DNA of 56,391 nucleotides from Armatimonadota bacterium (GTDB taxonomy: Bacteria > Sysuimicrobiota > Sysuimicrobiia > Sysuimicrobiales > Kaftiobacteriaceae). Position 1 is the stretch's first letter. Each line of letters begins with the position of its first letter. Made by a program: the position numbers and the translations under genes. Of the stretch, positions 39,456-48,212 are shown in pieces. Location: NCBI GenBank assembly GCA_037440005.1, contig JBBIUY010000017.1, positions 1-56,391 on the forward strand. Direction: 5' to 3'. The notes under the pieces are model-generated. The model saw only the letters and a list, made by a program, of their open reading frames with translations, did no database searches and had not been told where the DNA came from.

Positions 39456-41429
39456 TCAGGTGATCCGGGCGCCGGTGGGGGCCTCCCGGTCCACCGTCAG
39501 CAGCGCCACCTGGCCGTCCCACTCCGCCGCCAGGAGCATGCCCTGGGACGTGACGCCGCGCACGCGGCGGGGCTCCAGGTTGGTCAGGACGATGATGCGC
39601 CGTCCCACCAGGTCCTCGGGCTGGTAGTGGGGGATGAGTCCGGTCACCAGCGTGCGGACCTCCCGGCCGATGTCCACCTTCACCTCGATCAGCTTGTCGG
39701 TGCCCGGCACCCGCGCGGCCGACAGGACCGTGCCCACGCGGATGTCCAGCCTGCGGAAGTCCTCAAGGGTGATGGTGCCCGCCTCCCGCTTCCCCTCGCT
39801 GGCGGCGCCCTCCGGCGCCGCGGACCGCGGGCGCGCGTCGGGGGCGACGCGGGTCTCGATCCGGGGGAAGACGGGCGGCCCGGGCCGCACCCGGGTGCCG
39901 GCAGGCAGGCCGCCCCAGCGGCGGGTGTCGTCCAGGCGCTGGGACGACAGGGGGACGGGGATCCCCAGCTGGTCCCACACCCGGGCGGCCGCCACGGGCA
40001 TCCAGGGGGACAGCAGGATGGTGGCCACGCGGACGACCTCCAGGGCGTGGTACAGGATCGTGCCGGCCCGTCGCGGGTCCGTCCGCACCGCCTGCCAGGG
40101 CGCCTCCTCGTCGAGGTACTTGTTGGCCGCCCCCAGCAGCCGCCAGATCTCCTCCAGGGCGCCTTTGAAGTCCAGCCGGTCCACGGCCCGGTCCACCGCC
40201 TCCACCACCTCGGCCGCCGTCCGGCGCAGCCGGTCCTCGGCTGCGGAGGGCGGGCCCGCCGGAGGCACCTGGCCGGCGAAGTGGCGCTCCACCTGCGGCA
40301 GCGCCCGGTGCAGCAGGTTGCCGTAGTCGTTGGCCAGGTCGGCGTTGAACCGGTGCACGAGCCCGCTGCGGCTGAAGTCCCCGTCCTCGCCGAAGGGAAT
40401 CTCCCGCAGCAGGAAGTACCGGATGGCGTCCACGCACACGGCCTCGGCCGCGCCCGACGCCTCGGCCAGCTCGCGGGCCACCGCCGCCGGGTCGATCACG
40501 TTGCCCAGGGTCTTGCTGATCTTCTGGCCCTCCACGGTGATGAAGCCGTGGACCAGGATCTGCCGGGGGGGCTCAAGCCCCGCCGACAGCAGCATGGCCG
40601 GCCACAGCAGCGAGTGGAAGCGGTTGATGTCCTTGCCGATGAGGTGGTGGCTGACAGGCCACCACCGCCGGAACTCCTCCTCGGCCGGCTCCCCGGCTCC
40701 GAAGCCCAGGGCGGAGATGTAGTTGGTGAGGGCGTCAAACCACACGTAGATGACGTGGGTGGGGTCGTCGGGGACGGGAATGCCCCAGGACAGTTTCTCG
40801 GTGGGCCGCGACACCGAGATGTCCTCCAGGGTGTCGATCAGGTTGAGCATCTCCCCGTAGCGGGAGGCGGGCACCACGAAGTCGGGACGTTCCTCGAACA
40901 GGCGGCGGAGGGCCGGACGGTACCGGGACAGCCGGAAGAAGTAGTTCTCCTCCTCGATGACCACGGGCTCGGCGTCGTGCACCGGGCAGCGGCCGTCCAC
41001 CAGGTCGCTGCGGGTGACGAAGGCTTCGTGGCCGACGCAGTACAGGGCTTGGTAGTTCTTGCGGTACAGGTCGCCGCGGGCGGCCACCCGGCGCCACAGA
41101 GCCGCCACCCCCCGGTGGTGGCGGGGCTCGGTGGTGCGGATGAAGTCGTCGATGGACAGGTGCAGCTGGTCCGCCAGCGCCCGGAACCGGGCGGCGTTCT
41201 CGTCCACGAACGCCCGCACGTCCTTGCCCGCCGCCGCCGCGGAGGTGGCGTTCTTCTGGCCGTGCTCGTCGGTGCCCGTGAGGAACCGCACCTCCTCCCC
41301 CCGCACCCGGTGAAACCGCGCCAGCACGTCGGCCAGGATCTTCTCGTAGGCGTGCCCGATGTGCGGGCTGGCGTTGACGTAGTCGATGGCGGTGGTGATG
41401 TAATACCGTCCCGCGGCCACGACACCCAC
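39456..41429 (-). CDS. metG: Methionine--tRNA ligase with C-terminal tRNA-binding domain
   Basis: HIGH, GTDEHG, YVWFDAL, GKDI, KISKT, LAND.GN, C-terminal OB domain (SQGMLLA). Confidence 0.96.
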   Translation of the reverse strand: MGVVAAGRYYITTAIDYVNASPHIGHAYEKILADVLARFHRVRGEEVRFLTGTDEHGQKNATSAAAAGKDVRAFVDENAARFRALADQLHLSIDDFIRTTEPRHHRGVAALWRRVAARGDLYRKNYQALYCVGHEAFVTRSDLVDGRCPVHDAEPVVIEEENYFFRLSRYRPALRRLFEERPDFVVPASRYGEMLNLIDTLEDISVSRPTEKLSWGIPVPDDPTHVIYVWFDALTNYISALGFGAGEPAEEEFRRWWPVSHHLIGKDINRFHSLLWPAMLLSAGLEPPRQILVHGFITVEGQKISKTLGNVIDPAAVARELAEASGAAEAVCVDAIRYFLLREIPFGEDGDFSRSGLVHRFNADLANDYGNLLHRALPQVERHFAGQVPPAGPPSAAEDRLRRTAAEVVEAVDRAVDRLDFKGALEEIWRLLGAANKYLDEEAPWQAVRTDPRRAGTILYHALEVVRVATILLSPWMPVAAARVWDQLGIPVPLSSQRLDDTRRWGGLPAGTRVRPGPPVFPRIETRVAPDARPRSAAPEGAASEGKREAGTITLEDFRRLDIRVGTVLSAARVPGTDKLIEVKVDIGREVRTLVTGLIPHYQPEDLVGRRIIVLTNLEPRRVRGVTSQGMLLAAEWDGQVALLTVDREAPTGARIT

Positions 41430-41463
41430 CGTCCTTCCCGGTCACAGATCCGCGTGCGCCGTC

Positions 41464-41733
41464 AAACACAAAACCTCTCGCCCGTGGGACGAGAGGCCTT
41501 CCCGTGGTACCACCCCGGTACGCGCCTGCGGCGCCTCGTTGCAGGAGCCGGCGGCACACCGCGGCTCCCTGGCCCGATCCCGGAGGCCTGCCGCCGGCCC
41601 TACTGCGCAGGCCGCGCCTGCGGTTGGGGCCGCCCGCTCGGAAGCCATGTTCGCCGCGCCCCTCCGACCGGCTCGCACCCTCCCGGCTCGCTCGTGCGGT
41701 CGGGGCCGGCTACTCCCGCTTCCTCATCGCCTG
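41464..41733 (-). ncRNA. T-box riboswitch (Met, AUG specifier) with terminator
   Basis: GA motif, AGTA, AG/GNUG boxes, GAAC-ATG specifier (41646-41648), GGGGTGGTACCACG T-box, hairpin 41474-41496 followed by a U-tract. Confidence 0.92.
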
Positions 41734-41739
41734 GCGCCC

Positions 41740-41768
41740 ATTGTAGGTGCGCGACCGACCGTTGTCAA
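41740..41768 (-). promoter_or_regulatory. Sigma70-type promoter of T-box/metG
   Basis: TTGACA-N17-TACAAT. Confidence 0.85.
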
Positions 41769-41884
41769 ACCGCGGTGGATCCGGGCGGTCCGCGACGACA
41801 ATGAGGGTCTGACCCCTTTTTCCGCCCGCGGGCGCAGGAACGGGGCGCCGGGGTGGGGGAACCCGTTGTGGTGGTGGCCCTCCC

Positions 41885-43036
41885 ATGTCCCGCCCACCTG
41901 CAGGCCGCGCGCACGCCCGCGGGGCAGATTCTCTGGCCCTGACAGCCCTGGGCGGCTGGCTGGTCGTGAGCCTGTACGTGGACGGCTGGGCGCACAGCCA
42001 CCGCCGTCTGGACACGCCCCTGTGGGGCGGCGGCGCGCCTCCGGCGTTCTCTCCTCCGGGGATCCCGACGACGCCGGCCGTCTGGCACCTCCCGTTCCTG
42101 GTGGGGCTGCTGGCGCTGGCGGTCCTCGTGGGGATCACGGTGGTCCGCCGCCCGCGGGGGCTGCCCGCGACGGCGGCGCTGGCCGGCGGGTGGGACCTGG
42201 CCGCGGCGGGGCTGGTGGTGCTGGGCGCCGGGGTGATCGCCCGCGCCGCGGTCCCGCCCGCGCCCGTGGTCTCGCTGCCCGGCCTGGCCCCGGGGCTGCC
42301 GCGGTTTGAGTCCCTGCCGGGCCTGCTGGGCCCACCCAGCCTGCTGCAGGCGGTGGGCCTGGGGCTGGTCGTGGCGGCCCCTCTGCGGGAGCGGTGGCGG
42401 CGGAGCGAGCCCCTGCCGTCGCTGCGCGCCGCCCTGCCGGCGTTGCTGTCGGTGTCCTTCCTGCTGGCGGTGGGCAGCTACCTCACCCAGTTCGTGCACC
42501 CGCTGGTGGACCCGTGGCCGGAACTCAGCTTCTGGCGGCGCGGGTTGCAGACGTACCGCTACGGCCAGTTCTACTTCGGCGAGTCCATGGGGGTGGCCGG
42601 CATCCTGCTGCAGACCGTGCTGCTGATGGGGCCGGTGCTGCTGGTCATCCGGCGCTGGCGCCTGCCGCCGGGCAGCCTGACGGTGGTCTTCGCCGTGCAC
42701 GCGGCCCTGGTGAGCAGCCTGCAGGACCGGTATTACTTCGTCCTGGCCGCCGCCGCAGCCGGGGCGGCCGCCGACGCGCTGGCGTCGCGCATGACCGCTC
42801 CGCACGCCGCCGACCTGCGGCTGGTGGGCTTCGCGGTCCCCGTGGTGTACTTCGGGCTGTACTTCCTGGTCCTGGAGGCGGTCACCGGACTGCAGCCGCC
42901 CCTGGGACCCGCCACCCTGCGGCTGGAAGGGATCGGCTGGTCGGTCCAGCTGCGGGCGGGCGCGGTCCTAGCCGCCGGGCTGGTGGGCGGGCTGCTGACG
43001 TACCTGGTCGCCCCCGACGGCCGCCCCGCCTCATAG
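41885..43036 (+). CDS. Polytopic membrane protein with DGWAH...WH motif
   Basis: About 9-10 hydrophobic segments, high-GC3 codon pattern; function unknown. Confidence 0.7.
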   Translation: MSRPPAGRAHARGADSLALTALGGWLVVSLYVDGWAHSHRRLDTPLWGGGAPPAFSPPGIPTTPAVWHLPFLVGLLALAVLVGITVVRRPRGLPATAALAGGWDLAAAGLVVLGAGVIARAAVPPAPVVSLPGLAPGLPRFESLPGLLGPPSLLQAVGLGLVVAAPLRERWRRSEPLPSLRAALPALLSVSFLLAVGSYLTQFVHPLVDPWPELSFWRRGLQTYRYGQFYFGESMGVAGILLQTVLLMGPVLLVIRRWRLPPGSLTVVFAVHAALVSSLQDRYYFVLAAAAAGAAADALASRMTAPHAADLRLVGFAVPVVYFGLYFLVLEAVTGLQPPLGPATLRLEGIGWSVQLRAGAVLAAGLVGGLLTYLVAPDGRPAS

Positions 43037-43061
43037 ACGCACGGCCCTCCCGCGGGGCGGC

Positions 43062-43961
43062 TTACAGCAGGCCGGCCTGAGCCAGCAGGTCCCGCAGGCG
43101 CTCCCGTCCGGCCTCCGACAGGGAGACGGCCGGGGGCCGCACCGTGGCGTGGGCGATCAGCCCCAGCAGCGCCATCGCCTCCTTCACCACCACGAAGAAG
43201 GGCGCGTCCAGGTGGTACAGGGCGGCCAGCCCCAGGCGGCGGCGCACCAGGGCGGCGGCGTCGGCCAGGCGCCCTTCCTGCACGGCCGTGTAGACCTGCA
43301 CCGGAAGGTGGGGAGCGAAGTTGGCGACGGCGGGGATCGCGCCGTCCCCGCCCGACAGCAGCGTGTTGAGTAGGTGGTACTCGTACCCGCACAGGACGCT
43401 GAACTCCGGCCGCACGGGCTTCACCGCCGCCAGCACCTCGTGGATGTGGCCGACGCTGTCCACGGTCTCCTTGATGCCCAGGACGGTGGGGTACGCCTCG
43501 ACCAGCCGCCTCACCAGCGCCGGCGAGAGGGAGCGGCCCACCACCGCGGGAAAGTTGTACAGCACCACGGGCAGGTCCACCGCCCGGGCCACCGCGCCGA
43601 CGTGGGCCTCGATGGCGGCGTTGGACGGCGGCCAGTAGTACGGGGGCAGGACCACCACGCCGTCGGCGCCGACCTGCTGGGCGTGACGGGCCAGGGCCAC
43701 CGCCTCGTCGGTGGAGGTGCTGGCGCACCCCACCAGCACGGGCACCCGCCCGCCGACGGTCCGGACCACCCGCTCGGCCACCTCCCGCCGCTCGTCGGCG
43801 GTCAGGTGCATCACCTCCCCGGTGCTGCCCAGCACGAAGACGCCGTGGACCCCGCCGCGCAGCACGAACTCCACGTGGGCTTCCATGGCGGCGGCGTCGA
43901 TGCGCCCGTCGCGATCGAACAACGTCACCACGGGGGGAATGATCCCCGTCAGCCGCGTCAC
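43062..43961 (-). CDS. Dihydrodipicolinate synthase / NAL family aldolase
   Basis: GSTGE, PPYY, LYNFP, GIKET, GGDGAI. Confidence 0.88.
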   Translation of the reverse strand: MTRLTGIIPPVVTLFDRDGRIDAAAMEAHVEFVLRGGVHGVFVLGSTGEVMHLTADERREVAERVVRTVGGRVPVLVGCASTSTDEAVALARHAQQVGADGVVVLPPYYWPPSNAAIEAHVGAVARAVDLPVVLYNFPAVVGRSLSPALVRRLVEAYPTVLGIKETVDSVGHIHEVLAAVKPVRPEFSVLCGYEYHLLNTLLSGGDGAIPAVANFAPHLPVQVYTAVQEGRLADAAALVRRRLGLAALYHLDAPFFVVVKEAMALLGLIAHATVRPPAVSLSEAGRERLRDLLAQAGLL

Positions 43962-44230
43962 CGGCCTCCCTCCTCCACCGCCTTGAGGTACTCGGCCACG
44001 GACCGGCGGGCCTCCTCCCGCCGGTCGGCGGGCACCAGCACGTCGCCCCACACCCCCCAGGCCCTGCGGATGATCTCTCCGTACCCCGGCACCTGACGGC
44101 TGCGGGCGGTGGCGGGAATGCCGGCCTGGGTCAGAATCCCCACCACCAGCAGCGCCTCGGCTTCGGTGCCGGCCTGGTACACCGGGACGTAATCGCGGGG
44201 AGGCGGGATCCGGCGGCGCAGGCGCCTCAC
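43958..44230 (-). CDS. DUF2007-like small protein
   Basis: EA.LV.GIL..AGI.A...VLVP...EEAR pattern; translationally coupled on both sides. Confidence 0.7.
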   Translation of the reverse strand: MRRLRRRIPPPRDYVPVYQAGTEAEALLVVGILTQAGIPATARSRQVPGYGEIIRRAWGVWGDVLVPADRREEARRSVAEYLKAVEEGGR

Positions 44231-45108
44231 CTCCCCGCCGGCCGGGATCCAGCAGGGCGACCCTCCCGGCCGGCCGCCTGCAGGGCGAGGCGGTAGGCGT
44301 CGCGGCGGGAGATCCCGCAGGACCGGGCCACCGCCCGGGCCGCCTCCCTCACCGACACGCCCGCCCCCAGCAGCGCCCGCAGCGCCTCCGCCGCGCCGGG
44401 CGCCTGCGGTGTGCCGGCCGCCTCCGGCGTGCCGGGCGCCCCGCCGATGACCAGCGTCAGCTCTCCCCGGATCAAGCGCTCCCGCACCGCCGCCAGGACC
44501 GCGGACGCCGGCCCCCGGAGCACCTCCTCGAAGGCCTTGGTCAGCTCCCGCACCAGCGCCACCGGCCGCTCGCCCAGCACCGCCGCCACGTCCGCCAGCG
44601 TCTCCTCCACCCGGTGGGGCGCCTCAAACGCCACCAGGGTCCACGGCAGGGCCGCCACCTCCGCGAGCAGGCGGCGCCGCGCCGCGCGCCGGCGGGGGAG
44701 AAATCCCAGGAACACGAAGCGGTCGGGCGGCAGCCCCGCCACCGAGAGGGCGGCGGTGATGGCGCTGGGACCGGGCACGGGCACCACCGGGATCCCCTCC
44801 TCCACGGCCCGGCGCACCAGCACGAATCCGGGATCCGAGAGGATCGGCGTCCCCGCGTCGCTCACCAGCGCCACCGACCGGCCGGCGCGCAGGTGGGCCA
44901 GCAGTTCCGGCGCCCGGCGGTCCTCGTTGTGCTCGTGGTAGCTCACCAGGGGCGTGCGGATTCCGTGCCGCTCCAGCAGCACCCGGGTGTGCCGGGTGTC
45001 CTCGCACGCGATGAGGTCCACGGTCCGCAGGACCTGGAGCGCCCGCAGGGTGATGTCGTCCAGGTTGCCGATGGGCGTGGCCACCACGTACAGGGTTCCC
45101 GTTCCCAT
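44227..45108 (-). CDS. rsmI: 16S rRNA C1402 2'-O-methyltransferase
   Basis: LYVVATPIGNL, CEDTR, SDAGTP..SDPG, EAPHR, RELTK.FEE. Confidence 0.95.
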   Translation of the reverse strand: MGTGTLYVVATPIGNLDDITLRALQVLRTVDLIACEDTRHTRVLLERHGIRTPLVSYHEHNEDRRAPELLAHLRAGRSVALVSDAGTPILSDPGFVLVRRAVEEGIPVVPVPGPSAITAALSVAGLPPDRFVFLGFLPRRRAARRRLLAEVAALPWTLVAFEAPHRVEETLADVAAVLGERPVALVRELTKAFEEVLRGPASAVLAAVRERLIRGELTLVIGGAPGTPEAAGTPQAPGAAEALRALLGAGVSVREAARAVARSCGISRRDAYRLALQAAGREGRPAGSRPAGR

Positions 45109-45114
45109 AGGTCC

Positions 45115-45597
45115 CTAGCGGCGGGCGGCCAGGGCGCGGCGGACCGCCTCCAGCGCCTCCTGGGGGGTGTGGACCACGGTGATGGGCGCCCGCGCCCCCG
45201 CCCGCACCGCCTCCCAGGTCCGCAGGCCGATCACGGGCTTGCCCGCCCGCAGGGCGTGGCCGATCTCCGACAGCGTGCCGTACCCGCCCCCGATGGCGAC
45301 CAGGACGTCGGCGGTGAGCACCAGGGCCACGTTGCGCATCTGGCCCATCCCGGTGGCGACGGCGACGCTCACGTAGGGGTTGGCCTCCCGCCGGTCGGGT
45401 CCCGGCAGGATGCCGACGGTCAGCCCCCCGGCCTGCCGCGCGCCCCGGCAGGCGGCCTCCATCACGCGGCCCAGACCTCCGCACACCAGGACGTACCCGG
45501 CCTGCGCCAGCAGCCGCCCGGTCTCCTCGGCCAGCGCCTCGTGGGCGGGGTCGCTGAACTGGCTTTCGCCGATCACGCCCACCACCGCCTGGTCCAT
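45115..45597 (-). CDS. TIGR00725/LOG family protein
   Basis: CGGLG.VMEA, TVGILP, TGMG..RN, GGYGTLSEI. Confidence 0.85.
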   Translation of the reverse strand: MDQAVVGVIGESQFSDPAHEALAEETGRLLAQAGYVLVCGGLGRVMEAACRGARQAGGLTVGILPGPDRREANPYVSVAVATGMGQMRNVALVLTADVLVAIGGGYGTLSEIGHALRAGKPVIGLRTWEAVRAGARAPITVVHTPQEALEAVRRALAARR

Positions 45598-45610
45598 CGC
45601 CGTCCTCCAC

Positions 45611-47959
45611 CTACCGCCGGGGCGGGCGGGGCTCGTGGCGGCGCGGGCGAGACGCGGGCACCGCCGGACCGGGGACGGCGGACACCCGGCCGCGCCGGCG
45701 CAGCAGGCCCCGCAGCAGCCGCACGGCGGCGGTCTTGTCCAGGGGCTCGTTGAGGTTGCCGCACTTGGGGGACTGGATGCACGACGGACAGCCCGCCTCG
45801 CACGGGCAGGCCTCGACCGCTTCGAGAGTCGCCTCCAGCCACCCCTCCACCAGCTCGAACCCCTTCTCGGTGATCCCCACGCCCCCGGGATGCCCTTCAT
45901 AGATGAAGATGGCCGGCCCGGCCAGGTCGGGGTAGACAGGGTAGGACACCCCGCCCAGATCCCACCGGTCGCACATGGCCAGCAGCGGCAGGACGCCGAT
46001 GGCCGCGTGCTCCACCGCGTGAATCCCTCCGGCCAGGTCCAGCCCCCGGGCGCGGACGTCGGCCGCCAGGGTCGGCGGGATCGCAAACCATACGGCCGCG
46101 GTGGACAGGGTCTGGGCGGGCAGGTCGAGGGGGTCCTCGCCCAGGGTCTCCTCGCTGAACAGCCGCTTGCGGGCGCAGGCGATCACCTGGGTGGTCACCT
46201 CCACCAGACCGTGGACAACGGTGGTGGGACCCAGGGACCGGTGCCGCAGCGGCCGGACGATGGCGACATCGGTGGTGGTCCGGGGCTGGGTGTAGTAGTC
46301 CACGTCGGCGGGGACCGCGGTGGCCACCCGGCGCTCAAGGTCCAGGCCGGTCACCACGTAGGTCTCGCCCTGGTGCAGGTAGACGGCGCCGGGGTGCACC
46401 TGCTCGCACGCCCGGACCGTGTCGACGGTCCCGATGACCTTCCCCCGGGCGTCCACGATGCGGACGGTCTCCCCCGACGCCGAGCGCACCTCCACCTCCT
46501 GGGCGGGATAGCCGGATCCGGCCCACACCCAGCCGGCGCCCCGCCGCCGCAGGTCGCCGTGCTCCTCCAGCAGCCGGGCGACCTCTTCCACCCGCGGCCC
46601 CAGCACCTCGGCGTCGGCCGGACCCACCGGCGCCTCGGCGGCGGCACACCGCAGGTGCGCGGCCAGGATGTACGGGTTGTCCGGGTCGATCACCGCGTGC
46701 TCCACCGGCCGCTCGAACAGGTAGTCGGGGTGGCGCATCAGGTACTGGTCCAGAGCGTCTTCCAGGGCCACCAGGATCACCAGCGCCTCGCCGGTCCCCC
46801 GTCCCGCCCGGCCGGCCCGCTGCCAGGTGCTGGCGATGGTGCCCGGATAGCCCACCAGGATGGCGGCGTCCAGACCGCCCACGTCGATGCCCAGTTCCAG
46901 GGCGCTGGTGCTGACCACGCCGACCAGCTGGCCGGTGAACAGCAGCCGTTCGATCTCCCGGCGCTCCTCGGCCAGGTAGCCGGCCCGGTAGGAGCGGATG
47001 CGGTCGGCCAGGTGGGGGGCGTGCTCGCGCAGGTTCTCCCGGGCGTACCGGTAGATCAGTTCGGCGATCTTGCGGGCCTGGGTGAAGACGATGGTCCGCA
47101 CCCCGGCCCGCACCAGGTAGGTGAACAGGGCGGTGGCCTCGGTGTAGGCGCTGCGACGCCGGGCGCGGGCGCGGTCCACCAGGGGCGGGTTCCACAGGAC
47201 CACCCACCGGGGGCCTGCGGGGGAACCGTCGCGGTCCACGACGGTCACCGGCACGCCCAGCAGCCGGGAGGCGACCTCCGCCGGGTTGGCGATGGTGGCC
47301 GAGGTCCCCACGAACACCGGGGAGGAGCCGTACAGCCGGCACAGGCGCTGCAGCCGGCGCAGCACCAGGGCCACGTGGCTGCCGAACACCCCCCGGTAGA
47401 TGTGCATGTCGTCCAGGACCACGTACCGCAGGTGGCGGAACAGGGCGGCCCACCGGCGGTGCTGGGGGAGGATGCCCAGGTGCAGCATGTCGGGGTTGGT
47501 GAGGATGATGCGGGCCTCCTCGCGGATCTGGCGCCTCTGGCCCGGGGGCGTGTCGCCGTCGTAGGTGGCGGCCGGCACGTCCGGCAGCTCGAATCCGGCC
47601 AGGGTGTCGGCCTGGTCCTGGGCCAGCGCCTTGGTCGGGAACAGGTACAGGGCCCGGGCGCGGGGGTCGGCCAGCAGCGTCTCCAGGACCGGCAGGGTAT
47701 AGCACAGCGTCTTGCCGCTGGCGGTGGCCGTGACCACCACCGTGTGCTCGCCCCGCCGCACGGCGCTGACCGCCTCCACCTGGTGGCTGTACAGGCGCTC
47801 GATGCCGCGGCGGCGCAGGGCGGCATCCAGCGGCTCCGGCAGCGGCGGGGACAGCTCGGCGTACCGGGCCCGCCGCGGCGGCAGGAAGCGCTCGCAGACG
47901 ATCTGGCCGGCGTAGTCCCGCCGGCGGCGCAGGTCGTCCAGCAGCGCCCGCACGTCCAT
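45611..47959 (-). CDS. MrfA/Hrq1-like SF2 helicase with DUF1998 Zn domain
   Basis: TASGKT, TNPDMLH, DDMH (variant motif II), SAT, ALELGID, QRAGRAGR, C..CPC..GCPSC. Confidence 0.92.
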   Translation of the reverse strand: MDVRALLDDLRRRRDYAGQIVCERFLPPRRARYAELSPPLPEPLDAALRRRGIERLYSHQVEAVSAVRRGEHTVVVTATASGKTLCYTLPVLETLLADPRARALYLFPTKALAQDQADTLAGFELPDVPAATYDGDTPPGQRRQIREEARIILTNPDMLHLGILPQHRRWAALFRHLRYVVLDDMHIYRGVFGSHVALVLRRLQRLCRLYGSSPVFVGTSATIANPAEVASRLLGVPVTVVDRDGSPAGPRWVVLWNPPLVDRARARRRSAYTEATALFTYLVRAGVRTIVFTQARKIAELIYRYARENLREHAPHLADRIRSYRAGYLAEERREIERLLFTGQLVGVVSTSALELGIDVGGLDAAILVGYPGTIASTWQRAGRAGRGTGEALVILVALEDALDQYLMRHPDYLFERPVEHAVIDPDNPYILAAHLRCAAAEAPVGPADAEVLGPRVEEVARLLEEHGDLRRRGAGWVWAGSGYPAQEVEVRSASGETVRIVDARGKVIGTVDTVRACEQVHPGAVYLHQGETYVVTGLDLERRVATAVPADVDYYTQPRTTTDVAIVRPLRHRSLGPTTVVHGLVEVTTQVIACARKRLFSEETLGEDPLDLPAQTLSTAAVWFAIPPTLAADVRARGLDLAGGIHAVEHAAIGVLPLLAMCDRWDLGGVSYPVYPDLAGPAIFIYEGHPGGVGITEKGFELVEGWLEATLEAVEACPCEAGCPSCIQSPKCGNLNEPLDKTAAVRLLRGLLRRRGRVSAVPGPAVPASRPRRHEPRPPRR

Positions 47960-48036
47960 CGCCCGGCCTCCCGCCAGACACATTCGGCGGCCGCGAGGCG
48001 GATGCCTGGGCCGCACAGACGGCGCCCGCCGCTGCC

Positions 48037-48066
48037 TTGACAGCGCCGGCGGGCCGTCAGTATCGT
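48037..48066 (+). promoter_or_regulatory. Probable tRNA promoter
   Basis: TTGACA-N18-TATCGT upstream of the tRNA. Confidence 0.55.
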
Positions 48067-48081
48067 AATATCTGCCGGGTT

Positions 48082-48168
48082 GCGGAAGTGGCGGAACTGG
48101 CAGACGCGCAGGCCTCAGGAGCCTGTGGGGGCGACCCCGTGGGGGTTCAAATCCCTCCTTCCGCACCA
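48082..48168 (+). tRNA. tRNA-Leu(CAG)
   Basis: 7-bp acceptor GCGGAAG/CTTCCGC, anticodon arm CAGGC-CTCAGGA-GCCTG, long variable arm, GTTCAAAT, encoded ACCA. Confidence 0.96.
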
Positions 48169-48212
48169 CCTCCGACGGCGCTGATCCCTCCGGGATGAGG
48201 GCGCCGGCGCGG

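Noticed and set aside
41805..41815. GGGTCTGACCC palindrome followed by T-run as a REP or terminator
   Set aside because: Single short copy with a 1-nt loop; insufficient support within the window.
22766..43036. Ammonia/methane oxidation capacity inferred from nitrosocyanin-like plus PmoC-like motifs
   Set aside because: The genes are 19 kb apart, no amoAB/hao is present, and the PmoC resemblance is only a short motif.
48082..48168. tRNA as tRNA-Sec (long variable arm, TCA within the loop, Sec genes nearby)
   Set aside because: The loop CTCAGGA centres on CAG, the acceptor stem is 7 bp and the discriminator is A, so it is an ordinary tRNA-Leu. No selA/B/C/D was seen in the window.
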